Sequence record: OQ708376.1
DNA length: 64,000 nucleotides
Reading direction: 5' to 3' (one strand)
The notes under the pieces are model-generated. The model searched no databases. It was not told the DNA's origin and saw only the letters and a program-made list of their open reading frames with translations. The stretch's first letter is position 1, and each line of letters opens with the position of its first letter. Positions 23,583-33,387 of this stretch are shown here, piece by piece. The position numbers were made by a program, and so were the translations under genes.

Positions 23583-24074
23583 ATGTTTGAATTCCCAGAA
23601 GAGTCATTTAACTTCATTGACCCTACTGATGATGGATACCGACATATTAACATTTATAGTAAAGCCAGAACGAAGTTAGGTAGAGATCTATCTAACTTTT
23701 CTTCGCATAGCTTCACACTTGAACCATATGGTTGGTTCCCTTCAGTTGAAACATTTTACTTTTGGTTTTTAACTGGGCAAAAACATGATGACCTTATAAA
23801 AGTATCTGGTGCAGCAGCAAAAGCAGCCGCTAACAAATATATGCATGATCGAATTGAAATGACGGATGATTGTATTTCTATTATTCAAGATGCTATTTGT
23901 GCTAAGATAATTCAAAATCCAGAGTTAGCCGAAAGATTAAGAAAAAGCAAGTTGCCTTTTTACCATTACTATGTATATGGTGGTAAAGTTGTAGATGTAT
24001 CCGACGAACATGATTGGTTTGTTAAAACATTCGAATATATAAGAACTGTGTTAAAGGAAAACTATGATGGGTAA
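23583..24074 (+). CDS. NADAR-family protein (T4 gp30.3-like)
   Basis: INIYSKARTKLGRDLSNF...FPSVETFYFW...SGAAAK. Confidence 0.6.
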   Translation: MFEFPEESFNFIDPTDDGYRHINIYSKARTKLGRDLSNFSSHSFTLEPYGWFPSVETFYFWFLTGQKHDDLIKVSGAAAKAAANKYMHDRIEMTDDCISIIQDAICAKIIQNPELAERLRKSKLPFYHYYVYGGKVVDVSDEHDWFVKTFEYIRTVLKENYDG

Positions 24075-24345
24075 ATGTTGGGTATGCTTCAAGGTGTTTG
24101 ATGAAGAATATGAAATAATATTAGATGTATTGCCACAGCAGTACATGGTATGTAATGGAAAATACAAATTGGACACCTACCCGACCCCCAAGTACATGGG
24201 AATATGTCCTTTGTGTGATGCAAATGGCGTGTCCAATAGTGAGATTTCATTCACTAACCAAGCCACAACTAACTGTGTATCTGGGTATATAAGAGAGAAT
24301 CGAGAATATTTTATTAGGAGATTATATGAACGACAAAATCTTTGA
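24064..24345 (+). CDS. hypothetical Zn-binding protein
   Basis: CWVC and CPLC. Confidence 0.55.
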   Translation: MMGKCWVCFKVFDEEYEIILDVLPQQYMVCNGKYKLDTYPTPKYMGICPLCDANGVSNSEISFTNQATTNCVSGYIRENREYFIRRLYERQNL

Positions 24346-24556
24346 TACATATGACATCGATACTTTACTAACACCATCTGATAACAGTACTGTTAAAATG
24401 GACATGTACTGGATTGTCGTTGATAAAAAAGTATTTAGACATAAAATTACTAAAGTTTGGCAATGTAATAAAAACAAATCTATTGTTGAAGGATTGGCAC
24501 AATGCATTCCTAATGCAGAGGTTTTATTTTTACCATACGCATATACAAAGGAATAA
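24326..24556 (+). CDS. hypothetical protein
   Basis: AGGAG RBS. Confidence 0.7.
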   Translation: MNDKIFDTYDIDTLLTPSDNSTVKMDMYWIVVDKKVFRHKITKVWQCNKNKSIVEGLAQCIPNAEVLFLPYAYTKE

Positions 24557-24557
24557 A

Positions 24558-24719
24558 ATGAAAAAAACTTGGAAAATATTCACAATACCTGCTATAATGT
24601 TGTTATTGGCACTTTTCACACCGCAGAGTCATGTATTGTCTCTTAATATTGTGGAAATAATTCTTCTTGTAATTCACTGTGTCGTGTGTTATAATTATGT
24701 AAAAGGTGATAAAGAATGA
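24558..24719 (+). CDS. small membrane protein
   Basis: AAGGA then ATG 24558; two hydrophobic stretches. Confidence 0.6.
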   Translation: MKKTWKIFTIPAIMLLLALFTPQSHVLSLNIVEIILLVIHCVVCYNYVKGDKE

Positions 24720-25138
24720 AGTTCTTTAAAATTCGAATTGGTGTAAGTTCTGGTTTATCTCATTGGGTATTTTATGATTTACCTGATAGTTATACTATTG
24801 ATGATGTAATTGATTTATATACCGAAGATCAACAATGGGTGTTAGATACAGAAACACATAGAATTGATTGTCAAGAGATTAGTGAAGAAGATTACAAGCA
24901 CGGAAAGCAAGCCATGAAGTATTTTGAAACAAATATCAAAATGCTGTCTGAAAACGTATTTCCTGTAAAAGAATGGGCAATTTTACTTGCTAATCCTAAA
25001 AAACCTGTTAGAATTGGTTATCCAAATTTTCATATGGTGTATCGTATGAATGATAAGCGAGAGCTTAACTATCAATACGATTACGATTCATCTAAGTTTG
25101 GAGTTCTTAAACAATTTTTAAAGGCTTATCCAGTATGA
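24716..25138 (+). CDS. hypothetical protein
   Basis: ATGA coupling. Confidence 0.7.
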   Translation: MKFFKIRIGVSSGLSHWVFYDLPDSYTIDDVIDLYTEDQQWVLDTETHRIDCQEISEEDYKHGKQAMKYFETNIKMLSENVFPVKEWAILLANPKKPVRIGYPNFHMVYRMNDKRELNYQYDYDSSKFGVLKQFLKAYPV

Positions 25139-25470
25139 GTGAAGATAGTAAAGAGTATATTTTACGTTGTTCTTGTGGCGATAAAATGGAGCATTGCGTT
25201 CACATTGCACAATTTGACTTGACAGAGGAATATGGAGATGATAAACTTGGTCAATGTCTGATAAGTATGCGTTTAAATCCTTTTTTAAAATGGTATAACC
25301 GTGTATGGGTTGCAGTAAAGTATGTTTTTGGTGTAAACGACTATCAATATGTAGAAGCAACAATTGATGTTGACATTCTAAAAGAAGTTGTGTTACAATT
25401 AGAAGATACTAGAACTGATGAGGTTAAAAAAGAACAAAGAGAAAAACGTACTGATGTGAAGGTTTTATGA
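25135..25470 (+). CDS. hypothetical protein
   Basis: ATGA coupling. Confidence 0.7.
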   Translation: MSEDSKEYILRCSCGDKMEHCVHIAQFDLTEEYGDDKLGQCLISMRLNPFLKWYNRVWVAVKYVFGVNDYQYVEATIDVDILKEVVLQLEDTRTDEVKKEQREKRTDVKVL

Positions 25471-25661
25471 GTACTGAACTTTATGAAAAAAAGTACTGTA
25501 CAAATTGCTCAACTGAGTATACAATACAAGGTATGTTGATTTGTACAATATGTCAGTCAAAGAAATCAGCAACTTTCATCGTTGATGATAGATTTGGTGA
25601 TTTGAAACAGTTTAAAGCAAACCGCAATCTTCGTATTTTTAGCAATCTAAATAAGGAATAA
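25467..25661 (+). CDS. zinc-ribbon protein
   Basis: CTNC and CTIC. Confidence 0.6.
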   Translation: MSTELYEKKYCTNCSTEYTIQGMLICTICQSKKSATFIVDDRFGDLKQFKANRNLRIFSNLNKE

Positions 25662-25664
25662 TAT

Positions 25665-26093
25665 ATGAATATCGAACAAACTATCCGTGAACATTCTTTC
25701 TTCGCTCCAGAAACTGGTCGTGTTATTGAGAGCGTCAAAATCGAAGAACTAATGGTCAATGTTAAATACAAAGAACCAAATGATGAGATTAGCAGTACTT
25801 TTTGTGCTCTACGTGCACCATTCCGTAATGAAAAAGCTAAGAAACCAGCATATGTTCTTGCCATTGCACTGGGTTGTGTTGTAAAACTTGCAGTTGATGA
25901 AAATCTTCTGAATATTAAAGTTGCACCAAGCAATGACGATGAAAACATTGATTTGAACTTTGATGGTTCTCTTGATGAAGATGTATTTTTCCAACAGTCA
26001 CTTGTTTACGACTTCCGTACAGTGACACATTCTCACATCAAGTTCATTAATGAAATGGTTGAGATTGTTGCTGAATACGAAGAATCTCTCTAA
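25665..26093 (+). CDS. EExxFQ-family protein
   Basis: LDEDVFFQQSLVYDF. Confidence 0.75.
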   Translation: MNIEQTIREHSFFAPETGRVIESVKIEELMVNVKYKEPNDEISSTFCALRAPFRNEKAKKPAYVLAIALGCVVKLAVDENLLNIKVAPSNDDENIDLNFDGSLDEDVFFQQSLVYDFRTVTHSHIKFINEMVEIVAEYEESL

Positions 26094-26101
26094 GTAAATA
26101 C

Positions 26102-26126
26102 AAAAGCCTCCATTATGGAGGCTTTT
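26102..26126 (+). terminator. bidirectional-type terminator
   Basis: AAAAGCCTCCA-TTA-TGGAGGCTTTT. Confidence 0.75.
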
Positions 26127-26146
26127 ATCACATAAGGAAATGAAAT

Positions 26147-26698
26147 ATGATAGACCAAATTAAAATCCTTACAAAGCAAATCACTGATTTTCTTTCTGAT
26201 AAAGATGGATTTAATACAGAAGTAAAAATGCACGGTGTTAGTGTTGATGTAATTGCACCAAATGGTAATGTAACAAGTTACGACATGTATGAATTACTTC
26301 TTTATACTCTAGCAGTACGTAAACTAGGTAGTGATATTGAACTCAATATCAATACTGATGAAAGTGGGAATAAAATTTTTGCAATCAACACCAGTGCTAA
26401 ATTCGATATCAGTACTGAAATTAAAAAAATAAATGAAAGTTTTATTGGCTTTAAGCATGAATCAATTCAAAGTGTTTTTATTGGAAAGCAAACTTCTAAT
26501 AGTGAATGCCCATATTGTGTAATGACTTTATATAAAGATGGAAACTGGATGCGTCAAGATTTAGTATTTGCTGAACTTCTGTATGCATTTACACATGAAC
26601 TTAAAATCGAATTGGACGATAGTGTTTATTGCTTTAAGAAAATTCGAAATATAACTAAAGATATACAAACCCAACTTAAAGAATTAAATGATAAATAA
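26147..26698 (+). CDS. hypothetical protein
   Basis: TAAGGA RBS. Confidence 0.75.
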   Translation: MIDQIKILTKQITDFLSDKDGFNTEVKMHGVSVDVIAPNGNVTSYDMYELLLYTLAVRKLGSDIELNINTDESGNKIFAINTSAKFDISTEIKKINESFIGFKHESIQSVFIGKQTSNSECPYCVMTLYKDGNWMRQDLVFAELLYAFTHELKIELDDSVYCFKKIRNITKDIQTQLKELNDK

Positions 26699-26702
26699 AT
26701 AT

Positions 26703-26837
26703 ACCAGAAATGGTTAACATATCATGTTACTTTCCTCCCTTACATAATAATGATGCGTTATTATATTTTCATTTTGTTCTTATTCCCCTTTTGGTACAAA
26801 ATCATTTTAGTACTGCCCCGATCTTCGGGGCATTTTT
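26703..26837 (+). ncRNA. candidate small RNA with C-rich anti-SD-like segments
   Basis: ATAAATA at 26691; hairpins flank TTCCTCCCTT and TTCCCCTTTT; ends in terminator TGCCCCG-ATCTT-CGGGGCA-TTTTT. Confidence 0.4.
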
Positions 26838-26858
26838 CTTATCTAAAATTGAGGATAT

Positions 26859-27254
26859 ATGAAGAACAATATTGGAACTTCAATAATTAAACCACTTTCT
26901 TATTACCTTGAAAAATTTAGAAGCACAAATGGTAATAAATTTAATAATATATTTCAGTTCTCTCATAAAGAATATATTACAATTGATCATTTTTCAAAGA
27001 AACTAATGTATGTAAATGATAATAGTCATATTATTAAATTATCATTCGATATTGAGTTAGATAAATTAACATTTACGGAATACATTAATCAAAAAACTTC
27101 TTTTTTATGTCAATACAATAGGAAAGTATATAGTAATATTTCTATGTATCTAAATGATGAATATCACTTTCAACAATCTACAATAGAAGAAGTATTGTTC
27201 AGTACTGAAGAATTAAAAGAACTATATTACTGGTATAATTATTTCACATCTTGA
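26859..27254 (+). CDS. EExxFQ-family protein
   Basis: NDEYHFQQSTIEE. Confidence 0.75.
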   Translation: MKNNIGTSIIKPLSYYLEKFRSTNGNKFNNIFQFSHKEYITIDHFSKKLMYVNDNSHIIKLSFDIELDKLTFTEYINQKTSFLCQYNRKVYSNISMYLNDEYHFQQSTIEEVLFSTEELKELYYWYNYFTS

Positions 27255-27279
27255 CATTATTGTGGGTTTATCCTACAAT
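27251..27279 (+). promoter_or_regulatory. sigma70 promoter
   Basis: TTGACA-17-TACAAT. Confidence 0.8.
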
Positions 27280-27309
27280 ACATGATGATGCTGCATTGAG
27301 GATAAATTT

Positions 27310-27720
27310 ATGAGTTTAGATTTACACAATGAACTAAAATATTTTTTAGATTTGGACATATCAGAATTGAACCACCACGTCAATCATATGACTAGTACTG
27401 TATGGTGGTCTAATGATCAAGACGACCCAATTATCCAACTAAGTGATGAATCGTCAATTATGCGATTTTATAAGATTAATTATAAAAAGAACATCAAGAT
27501 CACATATGTACCATACAAAAACATACTACTAGTCGAAACACTTAATCCAAGTTCTTTATTAAAAATCACCGATTTAGATACATTACAAACAAGTGAATCT
27601 TTATTCCAACGTTCATTAGTTGATGATCTTGGTGGTATTACTTTTGAAGATATATTACAATTGAAGAATATGTATAGTGAATTGTTGGAGATTAAAAACA
27701 CTTTAGTAATGGGGAATTGA
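27310..27720 (+). CDS. EExxFQ-family protein
   Basis: TSESLFQRSLVDDLGGITFEDI. Confidence 0.75.
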   Translation: MSLDLHNELKYFLDLDISELNHHVNHMTSTVWWSNDQDDPIIQLSDESSIMRFYKINYKKNIKITYVPYKNILLVETLNPSSLLKITDLDTLQTSESLFQRSLVDDLGGITFEDILQLKNMYSELLEIKNTLVMGN

Positions 27721-27721
27721 T

Positions 27722-28126
27722 ATGGTAAGTTTACTAGATATTGATAATACCAGTTTAGTGCTGGTGAAAAAAGGTTTAATTCCAAATTCTAAAAAAATTG
27801 ATTATGCTGTTATTGAAACAAATATTGGAAATATCTGGTACGACTCTGAAAGGGATATTGTGTTTAGCTGTGTAGACAGTGATCGTTCTGAATGTTGTAG
27901 AGTCGGTCATGACGGACAATTTGTTTTTGAATTTCGTTATTGGAAGGACGCAAAATTTCACCAAGAACTGGTTGCTTTGTCAAATGAACTATATACAGAA
28001 GAATCGTTCTTCATGGCTAGTACTATTAATGATTTTGGTTCAGTTACATTTGAGTACTATAAAAAAATATACGCACTATCCAGAGAAGTTATGAAAATTA
28101 TCAGAACTGCTGAAGGTAAAGAATAA
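27722..28126 (+). CDS. EExxFQ-family protein
   Basis: TEESFFMASTINDFGSVTFE. Confidence 0.75.
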   Translation: MVSLLDIDNTSLVLVKKGLIPNSKKIDYAVIETNIGNIWYDSERDIVFSCVDSDRSECCRVGHDGQFVFEFRYWKDAKFHQELVALSNELYTEESFFMASTINDFGSVTFEYYKKIYALSREVMKIIRTAEGKE

Positions 28127-28127
28127 C

Positions 28128-28505
28128 ATGACTACTATATATGATATTTTGGGTGTTCTGAGTAGAAATATAGATGATGATTTTGTTATTGTTCAAGATA
28201 CTAGAAATACATTTCAACTACCAATAGGTTCACCAGATAGGTTAATTTTTAATAGATACTCAAATGAACTAACTTACATCCATGATGGGATTGCAATTGT
28301 ATCAGTTTCTATAAACGACTATACAATACGATATGTATATGACTTCAACGATTATTGTACAAGAATCCACAGTATTGATATTTCCGAAGAGGAACTATTC
28401 CAATTGTCATTGATTGAGAAAAATGTAATAGGAATTACAGAAATTGGTATTATTAAAAAAGCATTAAACTATACAAATATAAGAATTAATGGTGGGTGCA
28501 GATGA
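28128..28505 (+). CDS. EExxFQ-family protein
   Basis: SEEELFQLSLIE. Confidence 0.75.
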   Translation: MTTIYDILGVLSRNIDDDFVIVQDTRNTFQLPIGSPDRLIFNRYSNELTYIHDGIAIVSVSINDYTIRYVYDFNDYCTRIHSIDISEEELFQLSLIEKNVIGITEIGIIKKALNYTNIRINGGCR

Positions 28506-28957
28506 ATGTTGACGAAATAAAAAATCATTTTGAAATTGCAATGTCATGTGAATTTGACACACAACGTGTTCATGACCCGAAAGAACATATACGCATTTGT
28601 TGTGAATTGTCAGATGATTGTAATATTTTTATTGGAAAAACCTATGACATGATCGATCTTTCATGTATAGATCCATTGGAAAGAAAAACAAAATATTTAT
28701 ATCTGTACAACACAACATCAGATACGATTGCAATACAACTAATATCAACCACAACATCCCACAGTTATTATAACATAACTGAGGTTAGTAGTTTAACGTT
28801 AACCGAAGAAGGATTCTTTCAACAATCGCTTATTCGTGAAATTGGTGTTAGTTATGATGAGTTAAATGTATTAGTAGATTGTTTCGAAAAATTGAGTACT
28901 TTTGTATTATCCCTTTTTAATATACAGTCGCAAAATCCAATGGTGGTGAAATGCTAA
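28496..28957 (+). CDS. EExxFQ-family protein
   Basis: TEEGFFQQSLIREIGVSYDEL. Confidence 0.75.
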   Translation: MQMNVDEIKNHFEIAMSCEFDTQRVHDPKEHIRICCELSDDCNIFIGKTYDMIDLSCIDPLERKTKYLYLYNTTSDTIAIQLISTTTSHSYYNITEVSSLTLTEEGFFQQSLIREIGVSYDELNVLVDCFEKLSTFVLSLFNIQSQNPMVVKC

Positions 28958-29391
28958 ATCCAAGTAAATTTCTCCACTTACTTTCGATAACATCAATACC
29001 GGATCTTACCAGTGAAACTAATGAATATCGTGAAGCTGGGGTGGTGTCTATGGAACTCGATACATTTGACCACAAATGCTATGTGACATATGACCCACCG
29101 CGTTATGGTAAAGAACATTCTTCTTTTATTTTTGTATTCGTATACACTGTATATGATAATACAACACTTGATGATGTTTGTATTGACACTTACGAAATTT
29201 GTGATAATATCATAACTGATGACAACAATAACTCATTTGATATGTCACTATATAACACAGAAGAATCGTTGTTTCAACTTAGTACTGTTATTGATGCACC
29301 ATCATTAGAAGATATAAAACAATTTCAAGAACATCTTGACGCAGTTCGTGAGATGTTCTATAATCATTATCCAGAAGTAGAGTTCAATTAA
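28951..29391 (+). CDS. EExxFQ-family protein
   Basis: TEESLFQLSTVID. Confidence 0.75.
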   Translation: MLNPSKFLHLLSITSIPDLTSETNEYREAGVVSMELDTFDHKCYVTYDPPRYGKEHSSFIFVFVYTVYDNTTLDDVCIDTYEICDNIITDDNNNSFDMSLYNTEESLFQLSTVIDAPSLEDIKQFQEHLDAVREMFYNHYPEVEFN

Positions 29392-29405
29392 CTAAAGGTA
29401 ATAAG

Positions 29406-29666
29406 ATGACTAAAGTAGTTCGTAAACGCCACATGATGAACATGGATGAATTTCGTACATTTGACAAATATCGTACTATGTTTCGTATGCTTTCACAGGG
29501 CCGTCCAATCGTCATTGTAACAGAGAATTACATGTCACCTGAGATTATGTTTGGTAATTATGAAAAGGTCTTCATGTTGTACGTGAAGCGTGGATTACTT
29601 ACAATCAAGACATTAGCTGAAGCAACTGATGAAGATATGGATGGTGATAATACCTTTACCATGTGA
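29406..29666 (+). CDS. hypothetical protein
   Basis: AAGGT RBS. Confidence 0.7.
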   Translation: MTKVVRKRHMMNMDEFRTFDKYRTMFRMLSQGRPIVIVTENYMSPEIMFGNYEKVFMLYVKRGLLTIKTLAEATDEDMDGDNTFTM

Positions 29667-29674
29667 GGAAATAT

Positions 29675-29752
29675 ATGTCTGAAAAGCCAAAAGAACCATT
29701 AGATCGTGATGATGATTTTTATGACGAACGATATGGAGATGATGATGAGTGA
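29675..29752 (+). CDS. acidic micro-ORF (25 aa)
   Basis: GAGGA RBS; MSEKPKEPLDRDDDFYDERYGDDDE; stop overlaps the next gene. Confidence 0.45.
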   Translation: MSEKPKEPLDRDDDFYDERYGDDDE

Positions 29753-29996
29753 ACATAGTGCTGTGCTTAAAAAGATTTTAAAGGAACTTGATGGTGAGTT
29801 TAATGTCACAGAAGAAGAATATCAGCATTGGAAGAAAGGTTTTGAACAACTAACCGAGTATGATAAAGTGTTCAATATGATTGGTGTAATTAGCCAGTAC
29901 TTACTTGGTGGAGGACGTGCAAGTGCTTCAATTCTGGCATCTGCAATCATCTGTACATCACGATGGTGTGATGAAAAAAGTTTGGAAGATTTCTAA
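29745..29996 (+). CDS. hypothetical protein
   Basis: GGAG at 29735 then ATG. Confidence 0.65.
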   Translation: MSEHSAVLKKILKELDGEFNVTEEEYQHWKKGFEQLTEYDKVFNMIGVISQYLLGGGRASASILASAIICTSRWCDEKSLEDF

Positions 29997-30048
29997 ATAA
30001 GATGCTATAATATATTATAGTACCTTAACAATATAAAAAGGATTTTAT

Positions 30049-30909
30049 ATGAAACCTATCCGAGTACTTTCTCTTTTTAATGGAATGAGTGTGGGATATA
30101 TGGCATTGCAAGATGCTGGTATCCCAGTTGAAAAATATTATTCATCCGAAATTGACAAGTACGCAATAGCTGAATCTCAAGCTAACTTTCCTGATATTAT
30201 CCAATTGGGTGATGTAACTAAGTGGAGAGAATGGGATATTGAGTGGGATAAAATAGATTTATTAATGGGTGGTTTCCCATGTCAAGCCTGGTCAGTTGCA
30301 GGTAAACAGGGTGGTTTAAATGATATACGTGGGCAGTTATTTTTAGTAATGGTTGAAATTTTTGATCATATCAAAAGTCTCAATCCTAACTTGAAATTTC
30401 TGTTTGAAAATGTTAAAATGAAGGAAGATTTCAAAGAATACATTAATAGTATTTTAGGAATCACGCCAGTACTGATAAACTCCCAGCATTATACGCCTCA
30501 CTTCAGGCAGAGATATTACTGGTACAGTACTGATAAGCTTTTTATACCACCTGCATTATCCAATGCACCTAAACTTCAAGATATTATTGAAGATGGTTGG
30601 TACACTGACAGAACCGCTTCGTACTGTATAGATGCTAACTATTTTAAAGGTGGTGATTGTAACCAGTACTTTAATAAATCCAGACGACAATTGGTGTTTC
30701 GTGACCCAGTGATCAGTCGTCAATATCTATTAGAGAATGGCAAAAGAAATATTGACTATAGACACTTAAGTGTAGTAGAATGTTGTAAATTACAGGGTGT
30801 TCCTGAAGATTTCTTTAAAGTGTCTAGTAAGACACAAGCATACAAAATGCTTGGGAATGGATGGACTATGCCAGTTATATCACATTTACTAAGAGAGATA
30901 TTCTTTTGA
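30049..30909 (+). CDS. DNA (cytosine-5)-methyltransferase
   Basis: VLSLFNG (I), GGFPCQ (IV), FENV (VI), RQRYYW (VIII), KMLGNGW (X). Confidence 0.93.
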   Translation: MKPIRVLSLFNGMSVGYMALQDAGIPVEKYYSSEIDKYAIAESQANFPDIIQLGDVTKWREWDIEWDKIDLLMGGFPCQAWSVAGKQGGLNDIRGQLFLVMVEIFDHIKSLNPNLKFLFENVKMKEDFKEYINSILGITPVLINSQHYTPHFRQRYYWYSTDKLFIPPALSNAPKLQDIIEDGWYTDRTASYCIDANYFKGGDCNQYFNKSRRQLVFRDPVISRQYLLENGKRNIDYRHLSVVECCKLQGVPEDFFKVSSKTQAYKMLGNGWTMPVISHLLREIFF

Positions 30910-31391
30910 ACATAAACAAATACCAAACTTATATAAAACGTACAGAAAGTTTCAAACGGCTGGCTGTAAAATCTGAATTAGAATTTAATTTGTATTATCC
31001 TAATATTGGTGATGAGGTATTTTATTGCTCTCATTCAAAGAATGGAACTTTACTTAAATCGGGTAAAGGAACTATTGTTGATATGACCGCAAATTTCAGA
31101 GGTAAACTTAATGTAATGTACAAAGTACAAGATTCAAGTACTGAGTGTATTCATGAAGTGATGCATAACATACCTGCATATCCAAAAGATTTTGTTCAGC
31201 TAATATCTCGAAGGGAGAAACCTATGTTTTATTGTGGTTATGACAAATTAACCAAACAAATTATTCCTAATACTATGGGAAAATTTAAAAGTGATGTGAA
31301 ATCTGAACTTGAAAAGAAATTTGGCACGTCATGGGAAACTGAAAACGAGTTTATCGAAATTCGTTTAATTGAAATTACTATACTTGAATAA
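30861..31391 (+). CDS. hypothetical protein (true start may be TTG 30906)
   Basis: ORF coupled to the MTase. Confidence 0.7.
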   Translation: MDYASYITFTKRDILLNINKYQTYIKRTESFKRLAVKSELEFNLYYPNIGDEVFYCSHSKNGTLLKSGKGTIVDMTANFRGKLNVMYKVQDSSTECIHEVMHNIPAYPKDFVQLISRREKPMFYCGYDKLTKQIIPNTMGKFKSDVKSELEKKFGTSWETENEFIEIRLIEITILE

Positions 31392-31433
31392 TTACAAATC
31401 CACGCATTGCGTGGATTTTTCATAGGTGCATAT

Positions 31434-31949
31434 ATGCCAATTCCTTATGTTAAAATTATTAATAATATTCTCGATTCATGGGAAGATGTTATTACTGGTA
31501 AAAAGCAACCATCACCAGTACATGCTTTATCTGGGAAACTTCAATTCAGAATGTCAAACCAAACTGAAACATTTAATAATCATGATATTTGCATTACATT
31601 AAAAACACCTATTAGTATTGTAATTAAAAAAAATAAAGATGATGAATTGACATTATCTATTGGTCGTGATAAAATCATTTTAAGTAATTTGTCTGAAGAA
31701 GAATTCTTTCAAAGAAGTACTATTATCGATATGAAAGATTTCACATATGAATCATTGGTTGAACTCAATACACGTTTTAACGATATTCAGGAACGATTGC
31801 GACCAATTCTTCGTATCGAAGAAGAAGCCTGGATTGAAAGTATTAGGAAGATGCAAGAAATGTTGAAAGAAAATATTAACAATCTGGGTAAAGCTACAAT
31901 GGAATTTGGTAAAACTTTTAAACTGAACTTTTCAAAGGATCGTAAATGA
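31434..31949 (+). CDS. EExxFQ-family protein
   Basis: SEEEFFQRSTIID. Confidence 0.75.
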   Translation: MPIPYVKIINNILDSWEDVITGKKQPSPVHALSGKLQFRMSNQTETFNNHDICITLKTPISIVIKKNKDDELTLSIGRDKIILSNLSEEEFFQRSTIIDMKDFTYESLVELNTRFNDIQERLRPILRIEEEAWIESIRKMQEMLKENINNLGKATMEFGKTFKLNFSKDRK

Positions 31950-32401
31950 AAATTGATAATTTGATTCATGTTTTAGGATCTTTACATAAAATATTATCAC
32001 ATCTACATGAGATAAAGAAACTGGGATATAACATCTCAAATTCAATTGAAACTACATTTAAATATCAATCAATTACTGGTGATGGTTATTACATAATCGA
32101 ATATACCTATGAAACCGATCCAGACTTCTATCCTCTTACGTTGAGAATTTATCCAACAAATCCGAGAGGAATTCACGACATATCATCAATTTCACTTGAT
32201 CCAGATGGTGAAACGAGTATTGAATACAATAATGATTCAAAACCAGAATTTTACATTGATGATATTAAAATGATGTTCAACGATGAATATGTGTTCCAGC
32301 AAAGTACTGTGCATGATGTTGGAAGTACTAATGGACAATTTTGGAATACATGTTATTATCATATGATTGAAATTTGTAAATTACTAAAAGGCGATGATTA
32401 A
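31946..32401 (+). CDS. EExxFQ-family protein
   Basis: NDEYVFQQSTVHDVG. Confidence 0.75.
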   Translation: MKIDNLIHVLGSLHKILSHLHEIKKLGYNISNSIETTFKYQSITGDGYYIIEYTYETDPDFYPLTLRIYPTNPRGIHDISSISLDPDGETSIEYNNDSKPEFYIDDIKMMFNDEYVFQQSTVHDVGSTNGQFWNTCYYHMIEICKLLKGDD

Positions 32402-32784
32402 TGAAATACAGCATTGAAGTACATTATACTACAGGGGACACTGAAAATTGTTATGACGTTCTTAATACAATTGATATTCAATGGTCTTCTAAAGAGGAAG
32501 CAGTTGCTGCTTTACAGTGCCTAAAAGAGCATTGGGTGTTTTATATGAAGCAAGATAATTGCTATACTAAAGAACACGAAACTATCGTTGAAAATGCTAA
32601 ACAAAAAGAGTGGTTTGACCCAATATCACCAGAATATTCATTCTTGGTTAAAGTTGGCGATGTGACAGTTCCATTACGAACACCGTGGAACGGCTACTTT
32701 GAAACTCTTCATAATGCACGAGTTGTCGCTGTTGATAATCCTGAGCAAATCGATTTCGATTCATTGGACTGGAAAAAACTATGA
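32401..32784 (+). CDS. hypothetical protein
   Basis: TAATG coupling. Confidence 0.75.
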   Translation: MKYSIEVHYTTGDTENCYDVLNTIDIQWSSKEEAVAALQCLKEHWVFYMKQDNCYTKEHETIVENAKQKEWFDPISPEYSFLVKVGDVTVPLRTPWNGYFETLHNARVVAVDNPEQIDFDSLDWKKL

Positions 32785-33224
32785 CAGTACTGCACCAATT
32801 GAAGAAGGTTAAGCATCCAGTTGTATACGAGGATTGGAAACGACAGAAGTTGATGGGTGATTTTTATTTCCCAAAATCTAAAGTTCTTGCGAATTCAAGA
32901 TGTACATATGTCACACATAATGATAAAGATACAGTATTTGTTGAAATGGGTTTCAATCCATCAAATACAATGTTCAGTACTAACCAGACATTTTACAAAT
33001 TTCATATCCAAAAAGATTCATTTTCTATCATGATTTTAAAACTTTTAGTTGAAGATCTGCTATACCGTGGTGAACGTGTTCCTTTATCATTAGTGGATAT
33101 TCCTTATGATAATTTAGAGGAAATGTACTTCCAACAGTTGACAGTACAAGAAAACTTTGGTATGATAGGACTTCAAGAGTTAGAGATGATTAAGCAAATT
33201 CGTGATATCTACTTTAAGGAGTAA
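32781..33224 (+). CDS. EExxFQ-family protein
   Basis: LEEMYFQQLTVQENFG. Confidence 0.75.
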   Translation: MTVLHQLKKVKHPVVYEDWKRQKLMGDFYFPKSKVLANSRCTYVTHNDKDTVFVEMGFNPSNTMFSTNQTFYKFHIQKDSFSIMILKLLVEDLLYRGERVPLSLVDIPYDNLEEMYFQQLTVQENFGMIGLQELEMIKQIRDIYFKE

Positions 33225-33226
33225 CT

Positions 33227-33370
33227 ATGCCAGTACGTAACAGTACTTCACGCTTTACGCTTCAACAGAAAGCAGATCTTTTGAATATGGCTAACAAAGA
33301 TTCTAATTTTTACTATCTAGTACTCGGTGGGTCAGTAGAAAAGATTGACCTACGTGAGTGTATGAAATAA
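33227..33370 (+). CDS. small hypothetical protein (47 aa)
   Basis: AAGGAG RBS; below the ORF-track cutoff. Confidence 0.55.
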   Translation: MPVRNSTSRFTLQQKADLLNMANKDSNFYYLVLGGSVEKIDLRECMK

Positions 33371-33387
33371 CAAAAAGGGGACTAAAA

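Noticed and set aside
26726-26795. Minus-strand SD+ATG pairs (AAGGGAGG...ATG, AAGGGG...ATG)
   Set aside because: Each is followed by a stop within 3 codons (MIC*, MKI*), so they are not genes
26710-26862. 50-codon ORF MVNISCYF...
   Set aside because: No RBS and it runs through a strong terminator; the sRNA reading is preferred but not proven
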